Origin: Patescibacteria group bacterium
GTDB taxonomy: Bacteria > Patescibacteriota > Minisyncoccia > Phycocordibacterales > UBA9973
Reading direction: 5' to 3'
Assembly (NCBI GenBank): GCA_043818335.1
Contig: JBDRFV010000019.1
Span: forward strand, 1 to 41,460
DNA: 41,460 nucleotides
Shown: positions 17,099 through 25,341 of the stretch, piece after piece
Numbering within the stretch: position 1 is the first letter of the stretch
Layout of the letters: each line of letters begins with the position of its first letter
Position numbers and translations under genes: made by a program
Notes under the pieces: generated by a model
The model's database searches: none
What the model saw: the letters and a program-made list of their open reading frames with translations, nothing else
Told to the model about the DNA's origin: nothing

Positions 17099-18968
17099 AT
17101 TGCACTTTTATTTCTATTTCTCCTAAATCTAATTTAAGTTTTTCCTCCTTGCCTTTAATTATAGTTTCAGGTTGGTATGATTTTGATAATTTAAGAGTAT
17201 TTTTTGTAATAAACATTGAGCCGTCTTTGTTTAATTTCATTTCTAATAACATTCCCTGCATAGTATCTTCAGAAAAATGCTGATCAAAAATAAAGTTTCC
17301 TAACGAGTATGCAATAAAGCCGTCTTTATAAACTTCTGTATCTTGAACTACATGTGGATGTTGGCCGATAACTATTTTTGCGCCATTGTCTATTGCGCTG
17401 TGAGCCAAATATTCTTGCCTGCTGTTGTGTACTTTTTTATATTCATCGCCGAAATGGAAAGTTATTATTAGATAATCAACTTTAGTAGCAGCGTTTTTTA
17501 CTATTTCTGTAAATCGTGGATTGCTTACTAGAAGAACTCCAGATTGAGTTTCTGTAGCTTTCATCCAATCTGGTCCCGTATCAGTAAATGCTAAATAGCC
17601 AATTTTTATTCCATATTTTTCTATAATAGTTGGATTTTCAGCTGCTATGCTATTTAATCCTCCACCAGTATAAAGTATTTCGTTTTCTTTTAATCTTCCT
17701 AAAGTATCTATAAATGCTTCTTTGCCCCAGTCGCCGATGTGGTTATTCGCAACAGAAAGAATACTAAAACCAGCGCCTTTTAGTGCTGGAATTACGGATG
17801 GATCCATTCTGAAAGAATATAGATTTTTTCTGTCTACGCCTTTATCTGAAGCTGAGCCTTCTAAATTAGCAAAAGCAATATCAGCTTTTTCTATTATGTC
17901 TAAATTTTTAAACAGTAAAGAATAATCGCCATTAAAATTTTTCATGACAGAATTTTTTACACCTCTGTCTAGCATAATATCTCCAGCAAAAACTAGTTTT
18001 ACAAAATCTGGATCTTTTTCTGCTAAAATATTCGGATCTTGTTTTGTCCAAGCTATGCTCGCTTCTTTTTCTGTGCCGTAAAATATATTTTTTCTTAGAT
18101 AATTTATTATATTTTGCATATCTTTTAATCTATCTGTGCTTCGTAATAAAGCAATTCCAATATTTCTTGGTTCTTCTCCGCCTAATGGTAGAGAAAAGAT
18201 GGATAATGCAGTTTGTAATGATTCATCTATATAACCTCTTTTTCCACCTAAATAGCCTTCTAGTTTAAGAAACTGACTGTTATTAAACCAACTATGTTTT
18301 TTATTATTAAAACTTTTTAAAGTTGTAATATCTAATAAGTCTTTATGATTTATATTTAGATATTTAGCGAATAAGAATAATTCAGAAGCTGTTGATAAAT
18401 TCTTTTCTGAAAGTCCGCTTGGGTCAGCAAATGAAGTAGAAGTTAATTTTAAATCTTGAACTTTTTGATTAAGTTTTTCTATAAAATTAGTTCTGTCAAA
18501 GCTTTCTGCAATTATTTCTGCTGCATCATTACTTGATTCAAGAAGTAGGGGATAAATCAAATCAGAAACTTTAATTTTTTCACCTAAATAAAATCCACCG
18601 TTTTCGCCTTCTGTGGATAATGCTTTTTGTGATACTTTTGCGATTTTATCTGTTTCTTTACTTTCTGTAGAAACAGTTGCAGTAAATAATTTAGAAATAG
18701 ATGCTATGGGTAAAATAACATCTTTGTTTTTTTCTAATATTATTTTACCTGTATCTAGATCTCCAACTAAAAATGCCTCGGCTTTTACTTTTGGTGGATT
18801 AGTATTAGCTTTTGTAAAATAAAAAAGTTCTTCTGTTTTTTCTTTATTTAAATTATTACTACTGTAAGTATTTATAGATTCGTAATTTAAAGCTATAAAA
18901 CTAAAAAATATCCAGATTATTCCAGTTATAATTAAGCTTATTATTAAAAATTTATACTTTTTTTGCAT
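17097..18968 (-). CDS. fusion of a D-alanyl-D-alanine carboxypeptidase (S11-like) with a CapA/PGA_cap metallophosphatase-like domain
   Basis: An N-terminal TM helix is followed by SxxK (ASISKLF) and SxN (SSND), with KRG in place of KTG. The C-terminal half carries CapA-type motifs: FAGDIMLDRGV, FANLEG, VANNHIGDWG, HFGDEY, GQHPHV, YSLGNFIFDQ. Confidence 0.8.
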   Translation of the reverse strand: MQKKYKFLIISLIITGIIWIFFSFIALNYESINTYSSNNLNKEKTEELFYFTKANTNPPKVKAEAFLVGDLDTGKIILEKNKDVILPIASISKLFTATVSTESKETDKIAKVSQKALSTEGENGGFYLGEKIKVSDLIYPLLLESSNDAAEIIAESFDRTNFIEKLNQKVQDLKLTSTSFADPSGLSEKNLSTASELFLFAKYLNINHKDLLDITTLKSFNNKKHSWFNNSQFLKLEGYLGGKRGYIDESLQTALSIFSLPLGGEEPRNIGIALLRSTDRLKDMQNIINYLRKNIFYGTEKEASIAWTKQDPNILAEKDPDFVKLVFAGDIMLDRGVKNSVMKNFNGDYSLLFKNLDIIEKADIAFANLEGSASDKGVDRKNLYSFRMDPSVIPALKGAGFSILSVANNHIGDWGKEAFIDTLGRLKENEILYTGGGLNSIAAENPTIIEKYGIKIGYLAFTDTGPDWMKATETQSGVLLVSNPRFTEIVKNAATKVDYLIITFHFGDEYKKVHNSRQEYLAHSAIDNGAKIVIGQHPHVVQDTEVYKDGFIAYSLGNFIFDQHFSEDTMQGMLLEMKLNKDGSMFITKNTLKLSKSYQPETIIKGKEEKLKLDLGEIEIKVQ

Positions 18969-18969
18969 T

Positions 18970-20952
18970 CTAAATTAAAATATAATCTATAGTTTTTCTT
19001 TCTAAATCAACGTCTTTAACTTTTATTTTTACTGTGTCTCCTATTTTATATCTTTTTTTATTTTTCTGTCCTACTAGTTCAAACTTTTTCTCATCAAAAC
19101 TATAAAAGTCATCTTTTAGATTTCTAAGCTGTATTAAACCTTCACATTTTGTTTCTTTTTCTTCTACATATATTCCCCATTTTGTAACACCACTTATTAT
19201 TCCATCAAAATTTTGACCAATTCTTTCTGACATATACTCTACCTGCTTGTATTTTATAGAAGCTCGTTCTGCGTCTGATGCTTTTTTTTCTTGTTCAGAA
19301 GATTTTTGTGAAATTTTTTGGTAGCTTTCTAATTTATCTTTTGTAATTTTTTTACCGGATAAATAATCTTGCAAAAATCTATGCACTACTATGTCTGGAT
19401 ATCTTCTAATGGGTGAAGTAAAATGTGTGTAATATGCAAAAGCTAAACCGTAATGTCCGATATTTTCAGTAGAATAAATTGCTTTTGCCATGGATCTAAT
19501 TACAGCTTTGCTGATAGTTTCTTGTTCGTTTTTACCTTTTAATTTTTCTAAAAGTTTATTTAATTCTTTTGGTGGGATTACACCGTTTTTCATTGGCAAA
19601 TTATGCCCCATGCCTTTTAGAAATAAAGTTAAATCATGCATTTTTTCTTTACTTGGCAAGTCGTGAACTCTGTATACAAAAATTCCTTCTTCTTGGCCCT
19701 TTTTTGTACCTTTTGAAATAAGTTCAGCTACTTTCTTATTAGCTAAAAGCATGAATTCTTCTATTAATCTATTAGAATCACCTCTGATTTTTTTTATAAC
19801 TTTAATCGGCTTTCCATCTTTATCTAAAACAAATTTTACCTCTTCTTGATCCAAAGACATTGCACCGTGCTCAAATCTTTCTTCTGTTAATTTTTTAGCT
19901 AGATTATTTAAAATAGCTAGTTCCTTGTGATAAGCTAACTTGTTATTTTTGATAGCATCTTCAGCTTCTTGATAAGTAAAACGTTTTGCTGAGTGTATTA
20001 CAGTTTTTCCAAACCATTCTGATTTTATTTTTGCATTTTTATCTAAAACAAAAACCGCGCTCATTGTTAGTCTGTCTTTATTTGGAACTAAAGAACACAA
20101 GTCATTAGAAAGTACTTCTGGAAGCATTGGAATTGTTCTGTCTACTAAATAAACAGAAGTCGTTCGCCCTTTTGCTTCTTTGTCTAATTCACTGCCAGGT
20201 TTTACATAATTAGAAACATCAGCAATATGTATGCCTATTTCATATTCACCACCCCCAACCCCCTCCTTAGAAGAGGAGGGGAGTTTTCGAAATGAAATAG
20301 CATCATCGAAATCTTTTGCGTCTTCTGGGTCAATAGTGAAAGTTAAGGTTTTTCTAAAATCTTTTCTATTTTTATAATCTTCTGAACTTATACCGTTTTC
20401 TTTTATAATTTTTGCTTCTTTTTCTGCAGATTCAGATAAGGAATTGTCGAAACCTTTTTCAAGTGCAATAGCGTGCATTTCGGTTTCATTTTCTCCAGGA
20501 TTTCCAATTATTTTTTTTACTTCCCCGATTGGATTTCCTTGACTGTCTTTCCAAGAAATTATTTTCACAAAAACTTTCTGTCCAATTTCTGCATTATTTA
20601 ATTTATTTGGATCAATAAAAATATCAGCATACATTTTTATGTCATCTGGAACTAAAAATATATTTTTTTCTATTTTTTTTAAAACCCCAACAAAGCCATT
20701 TTTTGCTCGGGAAATTATATTCACAACTTTTCCAATTTCGCGACCACGTTTTTTGGAAAGCAATTCTATTTTTACTAAATCGCCATTTAATGCAGTATTA
20801 AGATGATTAGAATCAATTTCTATATCTATTTCTTTATTTTCTAAAGTTACATAGCCCATTCCTTTGCTATTTACAGAAATAACCCCTTCGAGTTTTTGCC
20901 TGCTGTTTTTGTTGGTTTTGTTTTTATTATTAGTTTTTTTCTTTTTTGCCAT
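18970..20952 (-). CDS. rnr: ribonuclease R
   Basis: It has the RNB core (DPEDAKDFDDAISF, HIADVSNYV, YLVDRTIPMLPE, HYGLAFAYYTHFTSPIRRYPD), a C-terminal S1 domain and a Lys-rich N-terminus. Confidence 0.9.
   Translation of the reverse strand: MAKKKKTNNKNKTNKNSRQKLEGVISVNSKGMGYVTLENKEIDIEIDSNHLNTALNGDLVKIELLSKKRGREIGKVVNIISRAKNGFVGVLKKIEKNIFLVPDDIKMYADIFIDPNKLNNAEIGQKVFVKIISWKDSQGNPIGEVKKIIGNPGENETEMHAIALEKGFDNSLSESAEKEAKIIKENGISSEDYKNRKDFRKTLTFTIDPEDAKDFDDAISFRKLPSSSKEGVGGGEYEIGIHIADVSNYVKPGSELDKEAKGRTTSVYLVDRTIPMLPEVLSNDLCSLVPNKDRLTMSAVFVLDKNAKIKSEWFGKTVIHSAKRFTYQEAEDAIKNNKLAYHKELAILNNLAKKLTEERFEHGAMSLDQEEVKFVLDKDGKPIKVIKKIRGDSNRLIEEFMLLANKKVAELISKGTKKGQEEGIFVYRVHDLPSKEKMHDLTLFLKGMGHNLPMKNGVIPPKELNKLLEKLKGKNEQETISKAVIRSMAKAIYSTENIGHYGLAFAYYTHFTSPIRRYPDIVVHRFLQDYLSGKKITKDKLESYQKISQKSSEQEKKASDAERASIKYKQVEYMSERIGQNFDGIISGVTKWGIYVEEKETKCEGLIQLRNLKDDFYSFDEKKFELVGQKNKKRYKIGDTVKIKVKDVDLERKTIDYILI
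20247..20283. repeat. copy of the intergenic repeat's terminal module, in frame inside rnr
   Basis: CACCACCCCCAACCCCCTCCTTAGAAGAGGAGGGGAG compares with ACCACCCCCAACCCCCTCCTTGAAAAGGAGGGGAG at 16419-16453. On the minus strand it encodes ..PSSSKEGVGGGE... Confidence 0.85.
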
Positions 20953-20995
20953 TTATTAAATATAGCATAATTATTTATTAATAATTAGTATTAAG

Positions 20996-21023
20996 TTGCT
21001 TTTTAGAAGGTTTATGTTAATAT
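20996..21023 (+). promoter_or_regulatory. putative sigma-70 promoter of rpsP (near-leaderless)
   Basis: TTGCTT-16 nt-TAATAT ends 7 nt before the ATG at 21031. Confidence 0.4.
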
Positions 21024-21030
21024 AAGCAAT

Positions 21031-21339
21031 ATGTTAAAAATTAGATTACAAAGAATAGGAAGAAAAAATGATCCTGCTTTCCGAGCAGTTTTAACTGATT
21101 CTAAGAACAGCACTAAAAGTGGAAAGTTTTTGGAAATCGTTGGAACTTATAATCCAAAAGCTGGAGAGGCAAATTTTAAGACTGACAGAATAAAATATTG
21201 GATGTCAAAAGGCGCACAGGTTTCTGACACAATGCATAACTTTTTAGTTAGTCAGAAAGTAATAGAAAAAAAGAAAAAGAATGTTTTACCTAAGAAAAAG
21301 CCAACTTTGAAAAGAAAACAGTTGAAAGCTAAAAAATAA
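21031..21339 (+). CDS. rpsP: 30S ribosomal protein S16 with Lys-rich tail
   Basis: The N-terminus is MLKIRLQRIGRKNDPAFRAV. Confidence 0.95.
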   Translation: MLKIRLQRIGRKNDPAFRAVLTDSKNSTKSGKFLEIVGTYNPKAGEANFKTDRIKYWMSKGAQVSDTMHNFLVSQKVIEKKKKNVLPKKKPTLKRKQLKAKK

Positions 21340-21413
21340 TTCTGTATAATTGAAAGAAGCAGTTGCTTTGGTCGGAAAACTGCACCGATTAAAAATATTT
21401 ATCTGAAACACAT

Positions 21414-21734
21414 ATGCAAGATGCTGACAAAGTATTCCTAGAATACGTAGTGAAAGCTCTCGTTGATAATCCGAACGATGTTGTTATCGATCGTACTGTC
21501 GATGAAATGGGTGTTCTCATAAGTCTAACTGTGAACCCAGCTGATATGGGAAAAATCATAGGAAGAATGGGAAACACTGCAAAAGCTATCAGAACTCTTC
21601 TTCGCGTAATTGGTATGAAGAATAACGCTCGCGTTAATCTAAAAATCAATGAACCAGAAGGAAGTACAAGACCAGCTCCAAGCGCTTCAACACAAACTGT
21701 TGATCAAGCTATGGAAGATTTGAAAGGAATTTAA
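21414..21734 (+). CDS. khpA: KH-domain RNA-binding protein (YlqC/KhpA-like)
   Basis: The KH GxxG motif is IGRMGNTAKAIR. It sits directly after rpsP, as in the conserved rpsP-KH-rimM-trmD cluster. Confidence 0.8.
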   Translation: MQDADKVFLEYVVKALVDNPNDVVIDRTVDEMGVLISLTVNPADMGKIIGRMGNTAKAIRTLLRVIGMKNNARVNLKINEPEGSTRPAPSASTQTVDQAMEDLKGI

Positions 21735-21749
21735 ATTAAAGAATTTTAA

Positions 21750-21776
21750 CCCTCGGGCATAGCCCACGGGCGAGCC
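21750..21776. repeat. GC-rich element (CCCTCGG...ACGGGCNAG family)
   Basis: CCCTCGGGCATAGCCCACGGGCGAGCC aligns at about 20/27 with the trmD-internal element at 23020. Confidence 0.65.
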
Positions 21777-21782
21777 AAAAAG

Positions 21783-21808
21783 ACTCAGACTTGTTCTGGG
21801 TTTTTTTG
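21783..21808 (+). terminator. rho-independent terminator
   Basis: ACTCAGA-CTTGT-TCTGGGT (one G-U pair) is followed by T7. Confidence 0.75.
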
Positions 21809-21843
21809 TTTGACTAAATATCTAATAAATGGTATTCTAAAGA

Positions 21844-21863
21844 AAAATTGTTGAACCTTTAAA
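21844..21863 (+). promoter_or_regulatory. conserved 20-nt 5' motif, copy 1
   Basis: AAAATTGTTGAACCTTTAAA ends exactly 10 nt before the ATG at 21874. Confidence 0.5.
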
Positions 21864-21873
21864 TTTTAATATT

Positions 21874-22200
21874 ATGAGTAGCACAGCAGACTGTATTCCG
21901 ACTTTTGCAACAAAAGAATTAAATTCCATGTTTGGAAAAATAAGTGAAAGTGCAGATCATGGAAAAGATCCCAGAACCCACTTCCTTTGGGAAGATTTTT
22001 TGAAAGATCTAAAAAAATATCACCACCGAAAGATAGGTGGAATACTTTTATTTCGTTTCAAACCAAAAACAGCACCAGATGCTTTAGGAGAAAATTCTTT
22101 CGCATTCATGCTGGTTCCCAGAAAAATTACTCCTACCCTTTTACAAAAAGAGATTAAGAAACACATAGGGAAGAGAATCTGTGATTTTATTTCTTTTTAA
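21874..22200 (+). CDS. hypothetical protein
   Basis: 108-aa ORF. No family recognised. Confidence 0.5.
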   Translation: MSSTADCIPTFATKELNSMFGKISESADHGKDPRTHFLWEDFLKDLKKYHHRKIGGILLFRFKPKTAPDALGENSFAFMLVPRKITPTLLQKEIKKHIGKRICDFISF

Positions 22201-22210
22201 TTTAATGTAG

Positions 22211-22230
22211 AAAATTGTTTAACCTTTAAA
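22211..22230 (+). promoter_or_regulatory. conserved 20-nt 5' motif, copy 2
   Basis: AAAATTGTTTAACCTTTAAA is 19/20 identical to copy 1 and ends exactly 10 nt before the ATG at 22241. Confidence 0.5.
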
Positions 22231-22240
22231 ACTTATCAAT

Positions 22241-22549
22241 ATGCCGATGCCTATTATTTCTTTATTAAAAAATCGCAAAGAGCGTAGTTTTTCTGAGAAA
22301 GCGGAAAAGTACGGTTTGATTAAAGGTACTTATATCAAGATAACGAAAGTTAAAGTTAAGAATAAGCTTTCGTATGATGTTGGACTTGGAGATTCAATAA
22401 GTGGTCTCATTTCTTATTGGTTAGAGTTTGGACACCCGATTCATTTTTCTCCAAATGGTCAAACCAGTGGTGTTATAAAAATTTTCAAGAAAAAAGAAAA
22501 AATATATATCGAGACTGAAAATTCGGTTTACGAAGTAATTTTTTTTTAA
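22241..22549 (+). CDS. hypothetical protein
   Basis: 102-aa ORF followed by a terminator. No family recognised. Confidence 0.5.
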   Translation: MPMPIISLLKNRKERSFSEKAEKYGLIKGTYIKITKVKVKNKLSYDVGLGDSISGLISYWLEFGHPIHFSPNGQTSGVIKIFKKKEKIYIETENSVYEVIFF

Positions 22550-22566
22550 AAATTCTTGTATTTTTT

Positions 22567-22592
22567 AGGCTTCTAAAAGAGGCCTTTTTTAT
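22567..22592 (+). terminator. rho-independent terminator
   Basis: AGGCTTC-TAAAA-GAGGCCT is followed by T6. Confidence 0.75.
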
Positions 22593-22649
22593 TTGCATTT
22601 ATGTCTTAAAATTTATACACTAAATCTGTTATGTATTTCCACATAATTA

Positions 22650-22680
22650 CCCTCCTTCGCCTAAGCTTCGTAGGGCAAGC
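22650..22680. repeat. GC-rich element 8 nt upstream of the trmD start
   Basis: CCCTCCTTCGCCTAAGCTTCGTAGGGCAAGC has a CCTA..TAGG stem. It shares the CCCTC and GGGCAAG blocks with 23020 and 7215. Confidence 0.6.
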
Positions 22681-22688
22681 AATTTTTT

Positions 22689-23387
22689 ATGATAAAATTT
22701 CACATTATTACTATATTCCCAGATATGTTCAACTCTTATTTGAATGAGTCTATTATTGGGCGGGCGATTAAGAATAAAAAAATATCTGTTAAATTCTATA
22801 ATCCACGAGATTTTATAAAAAATAATAAAAATAAAACTGGTTACAAACCTGTTGATGATAAACCATACAGTGGCGGACCGGGAATGGTGATGAAAGCTGA
22901 GCCGATTTTGAAAGCAGTAGAAAAAGCTGTTAGTAAAATAAAAAATAAAAAGAAAATTTTAATTATAAATTTTGTGCCCAGTGCTGAAAAATTTACTACT
23001 GATTTCGCGAAAAAAGTTTCCCTCGGCCATGGCTCTACGGGCAAGGCTAAAAAATATACTGATATTATTTTAATCTGTGGCAGATATGAGGGGATAGATG
23101 CGCGAGTTGATAAAATTTTGAAAACAAAAAAAATATCTATTGGTGATTATGTTCTGACTGGTGGGGAAATTCCAGCGATGATTTTGGTTGATTGCATTTC
23201 TCGGCAGATTAAAGGCGTTTTGGGTAAATATGAAAGTTTAGAAGAAGAGAGAATTTCTAGTAGTGAAGTTTACACACGACCAGAAATTTTAAAATATAAA
23301 AATAAGAATTATAAAGTGCCTAAAGTTTTATTGTCTGGGCATCACAAAAATATAGAGAATTGGAAGAAAAATGAAAAACGAAACTAA
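22689..23387 (+). CDS. trmD: tRNA (guanine37-N1)-methyltransferase
   Basis: Motifs IITIFPDMF, DDKPYSGGPGMVM, CGRYEGIDARV and GDYVLTGGEIPAM. Confidence 0.92.
   Translation: MIKFHIITIFPDMFNSYLNESIIGRAIKNKKISVKFYNPRDFIKNNKNKTGYKPVDDKPYSGGPGMVMKAEPILKAVEKAVSKIKNKKKILIINFVPSAEKFTTDFAKKVSLGHGSTGKAKKYTDIILICGRYEGIDARVDKILKTKKISIGDYVLTGGEIPAMILVDCISRQIKGVLGKYESLEEERISSSEVYTRPEILKYKNKNYKVPKVLLSGHHKNIENWKKNEKRN
23020..23047. repeat. GC-rich element in frame in trmD
   Basis: CCCTCGGCCATGGCTCTACGGGCAAGGC encodes the extra ..SLGHGSTGKA.. just before the conserved ILICGRYEGID. Confidence 0.65.
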
Positions 23388-25116
23388 AAATTGTCAAAAT
23401 TGCAAAAAAGATTTTGTTATTGAGCAAGAGGATTTTGATTTTTATGAAAAAATAAAAGTTCCAGCGCCGACTTTTTGTCCGGAATGTAGATTGATAAGGA
23501 GAATGATGACATTTAATGTCAGAAATTTATATAACAGAAATTGTGATAATTGTGGTAAAAAAATGGTTTCTATTTTTAATCCTAGCGCTCCGTACAAAGT
23601 TTGGTGTTTTGACTGTTATTTTTCAGATAAATTTGACCCGTCTTCTTATTATGTAGATTATGATTTTTCAATAGATTTTTTTACTCAATATGAGAATTTT
23701 AGAAGGAATATTCCTTTACTTTGTATGGAACAATCGGGTAATAACAGTGGTGGATGCGAATATGCAAATTATACTTATGGAAGTAAAAACATATATCTTT
23801 CACACAATGTAGCTAAATCAGAAGATGTCTATTATTCAGTATTTGTGAACAGAGACAACAGAATGTGTTTTGATTCTCTAAGTTTTAGAGAGGACGAACT
23901 TTGTTATGAAGTTGTCGATTCTAACCATAATTATCATTGTTCCTACCTGACTAGATCAGATTCGTGTATTGATTCAATGTTTCTTTTTAACTGCGTGAAC
24001 TGCCAGAATTGCTTTATGTCTTCTAACCAGAGGAATCAAAATTATGTTTTTGGGAATAAAAAACTTTCAAAAACTGAATATGAAAAAGCTATAAAAAAAG
24101 AAAATTTAGCGTCTTTTTCTTCGTTGAAAAGGTTAACAGAAGAATATGAACAATTAATGAAAGATACAGTTGTTGTTTTTGCTAAATTGGTAAATGCTGT
24201 AAATTGTACCGGAGATATCATAGAAAATTCCAAAAATTGTCTTTCTTGTTTTTATATTTGGGGTTCAGAAAATATTCGCTATATTTTTTATTCTGTTAAT
24301 GCTTTAAAAGATTCTTATGACATGCTTGATTCTGGACGAGGAGAACGAATGTATGAATCTATTTGTAGTGGGCGAGGGAATTATGAAATTGCTTTTTGTG
24401 CTCGTACTTTTAATACGATGCAAACATACTATTGTGAAGGGTGCATTGATTTAAAAAATGCTTTTGGTTGCATTGGATTAAGAAAAAAACAGTATTGTAT
24501 TTTAAACAAGCAATACTCTAAAGAGGAATATTTTATTTTGTTAGAAAAAATAAAAAAACAAATGGAAGAAATGCCATATATTGATAAAAATAATTGTACA
24601 TATAAATTTGGAGAATTTTTTCCTGCTGAAATTTCTCCTTTTGCTTACAACGAAACAATGGCTTTTGAACAATTTCCATTATCAAAAGAAGAAATTCTTA
24701 AAAAAAATTATAGATGGTTTGATGATGCAGATAGGAACTATGATGCGACGTTAGATAGTAAAAATATTCCGGATGGTATTTCTGATGTGACGGATGAGAT
24801 TTTAAAAGAAACTATTAGTTGTGAACATGGAGGTTTATGTAATCATCAATGTACAAAAGCATTTCGTATCGTTCCAGTAGAATTGCAATTTTATAAACGT
24901 ATGAATTTGCCATTACCGAGGGCTTGTCCGAATTGCCGTTATTTTGTTAGATTAAAAAGGTCGTTGCCGTGGAGATTGTGGCATAGAGTTTGTATGTGTG
25001 AAAATGGGAATCATAATCACAAAGGAAAATGTCAGGTTGAATTTGAAACGCCATATTCTCCAGATAGATCTGAAATATTGTATTGCAAACAATGTTATCA
25101 AAAAGAATTTTTATAG
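23371..25116 (+). CDS. Cys-rich protein with zinc-ribbon modules at both termini (hypothetical)
   Basis: 581 aa, overlapping the trmD 3' end by 17 nt. The N-terminal CQNCKKDFVIEQEDFDFYEKIKVPAPTFCPECR and the C-terminal CTKAFRIVPVELQFYKRMNLPLPRACPNCR are copies of one module. The centre holds repeated Cys-containing short repeats. Confidence 0.7.
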   Translation: MKNETKNCQNCKKDFVIEQEDFDFYEKIKVPAPTFCPECRLIRRMMTFNVRNLYNRNCDNCGKKMVSIFNPSAPYKVWCFDCYFSDKFDPSSYYVDYDFSIDFFTQYENFRRNIPLLCMEQSGNNSGGCEYANYTYGSKNIYLSHNVAKSEDVYYSVFVNRDNRMCFDSLSFREDELCYEVVDSNHNYHCSYLTRSDSCIDSMFLFNCVNCQNCFMSSNQRNQNYVFGNKKLSKTEYEKAIKKENLASFSSLKRLTEEYEQLMKDTVVVFAKLVNAVNCTGDIIENSKNCLSCFYIWGSENIRYIFYSVNALKDSYDMLDSGRGERMYESICSGRGNYEIAFCARTFNTMQTYYCEGCIDLKNAFGCIGLRKKQYCILNKQYSKEEYFILLEKIKKQMEEMPYIDKNNCTYKFGEFFPAEISPFAYNETMAFEQFPLSKEEILKKNYRWFDDADRNYDATLDSKNIPDGISDVTDEILKETISCEHGGLCNHQCTKAFRIVPVELQFYKRMNLPLPRACPNCRYFVRLKRSLPWRLWHRVCMCENGNHNHKGKCQVEFETPYSPDRSEILYCKQCYQKEFL

Positions 25117-25132
25117 TATCCCCAAAATAAAT

Positions 25133-25160
25133 TTGACAAAAATCTGTAAATAAGTATACT
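25133..25160 (+). promoter_or_regulatory. putative sigma-70 promoter of rpoB with about 180-nt leader
   Basis: TTGACA-16 nt-TATACT. The leader contains the 8-bp inverted repeat TTTCGGAT (25183-25190) / ATCCGAAA (25238-25245). Confidence 0.45.
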
Positions 25161-25341
25161 TATCTGTGATTGAATGATTGTGTTTCGGATGAAATCTCCT
25201 GATTATTAATATGGTTTAATTATTAATTTTAATCAATATCCGAAATAAATAATAGGAAGCTGAAAAGAAGAGCGTTTTGTGTTTTTCTTTTTGTCTTTTT
25301 ATTTAATTTAATTTTTGATGTTTTAAATTCTCGTAAAAAAC

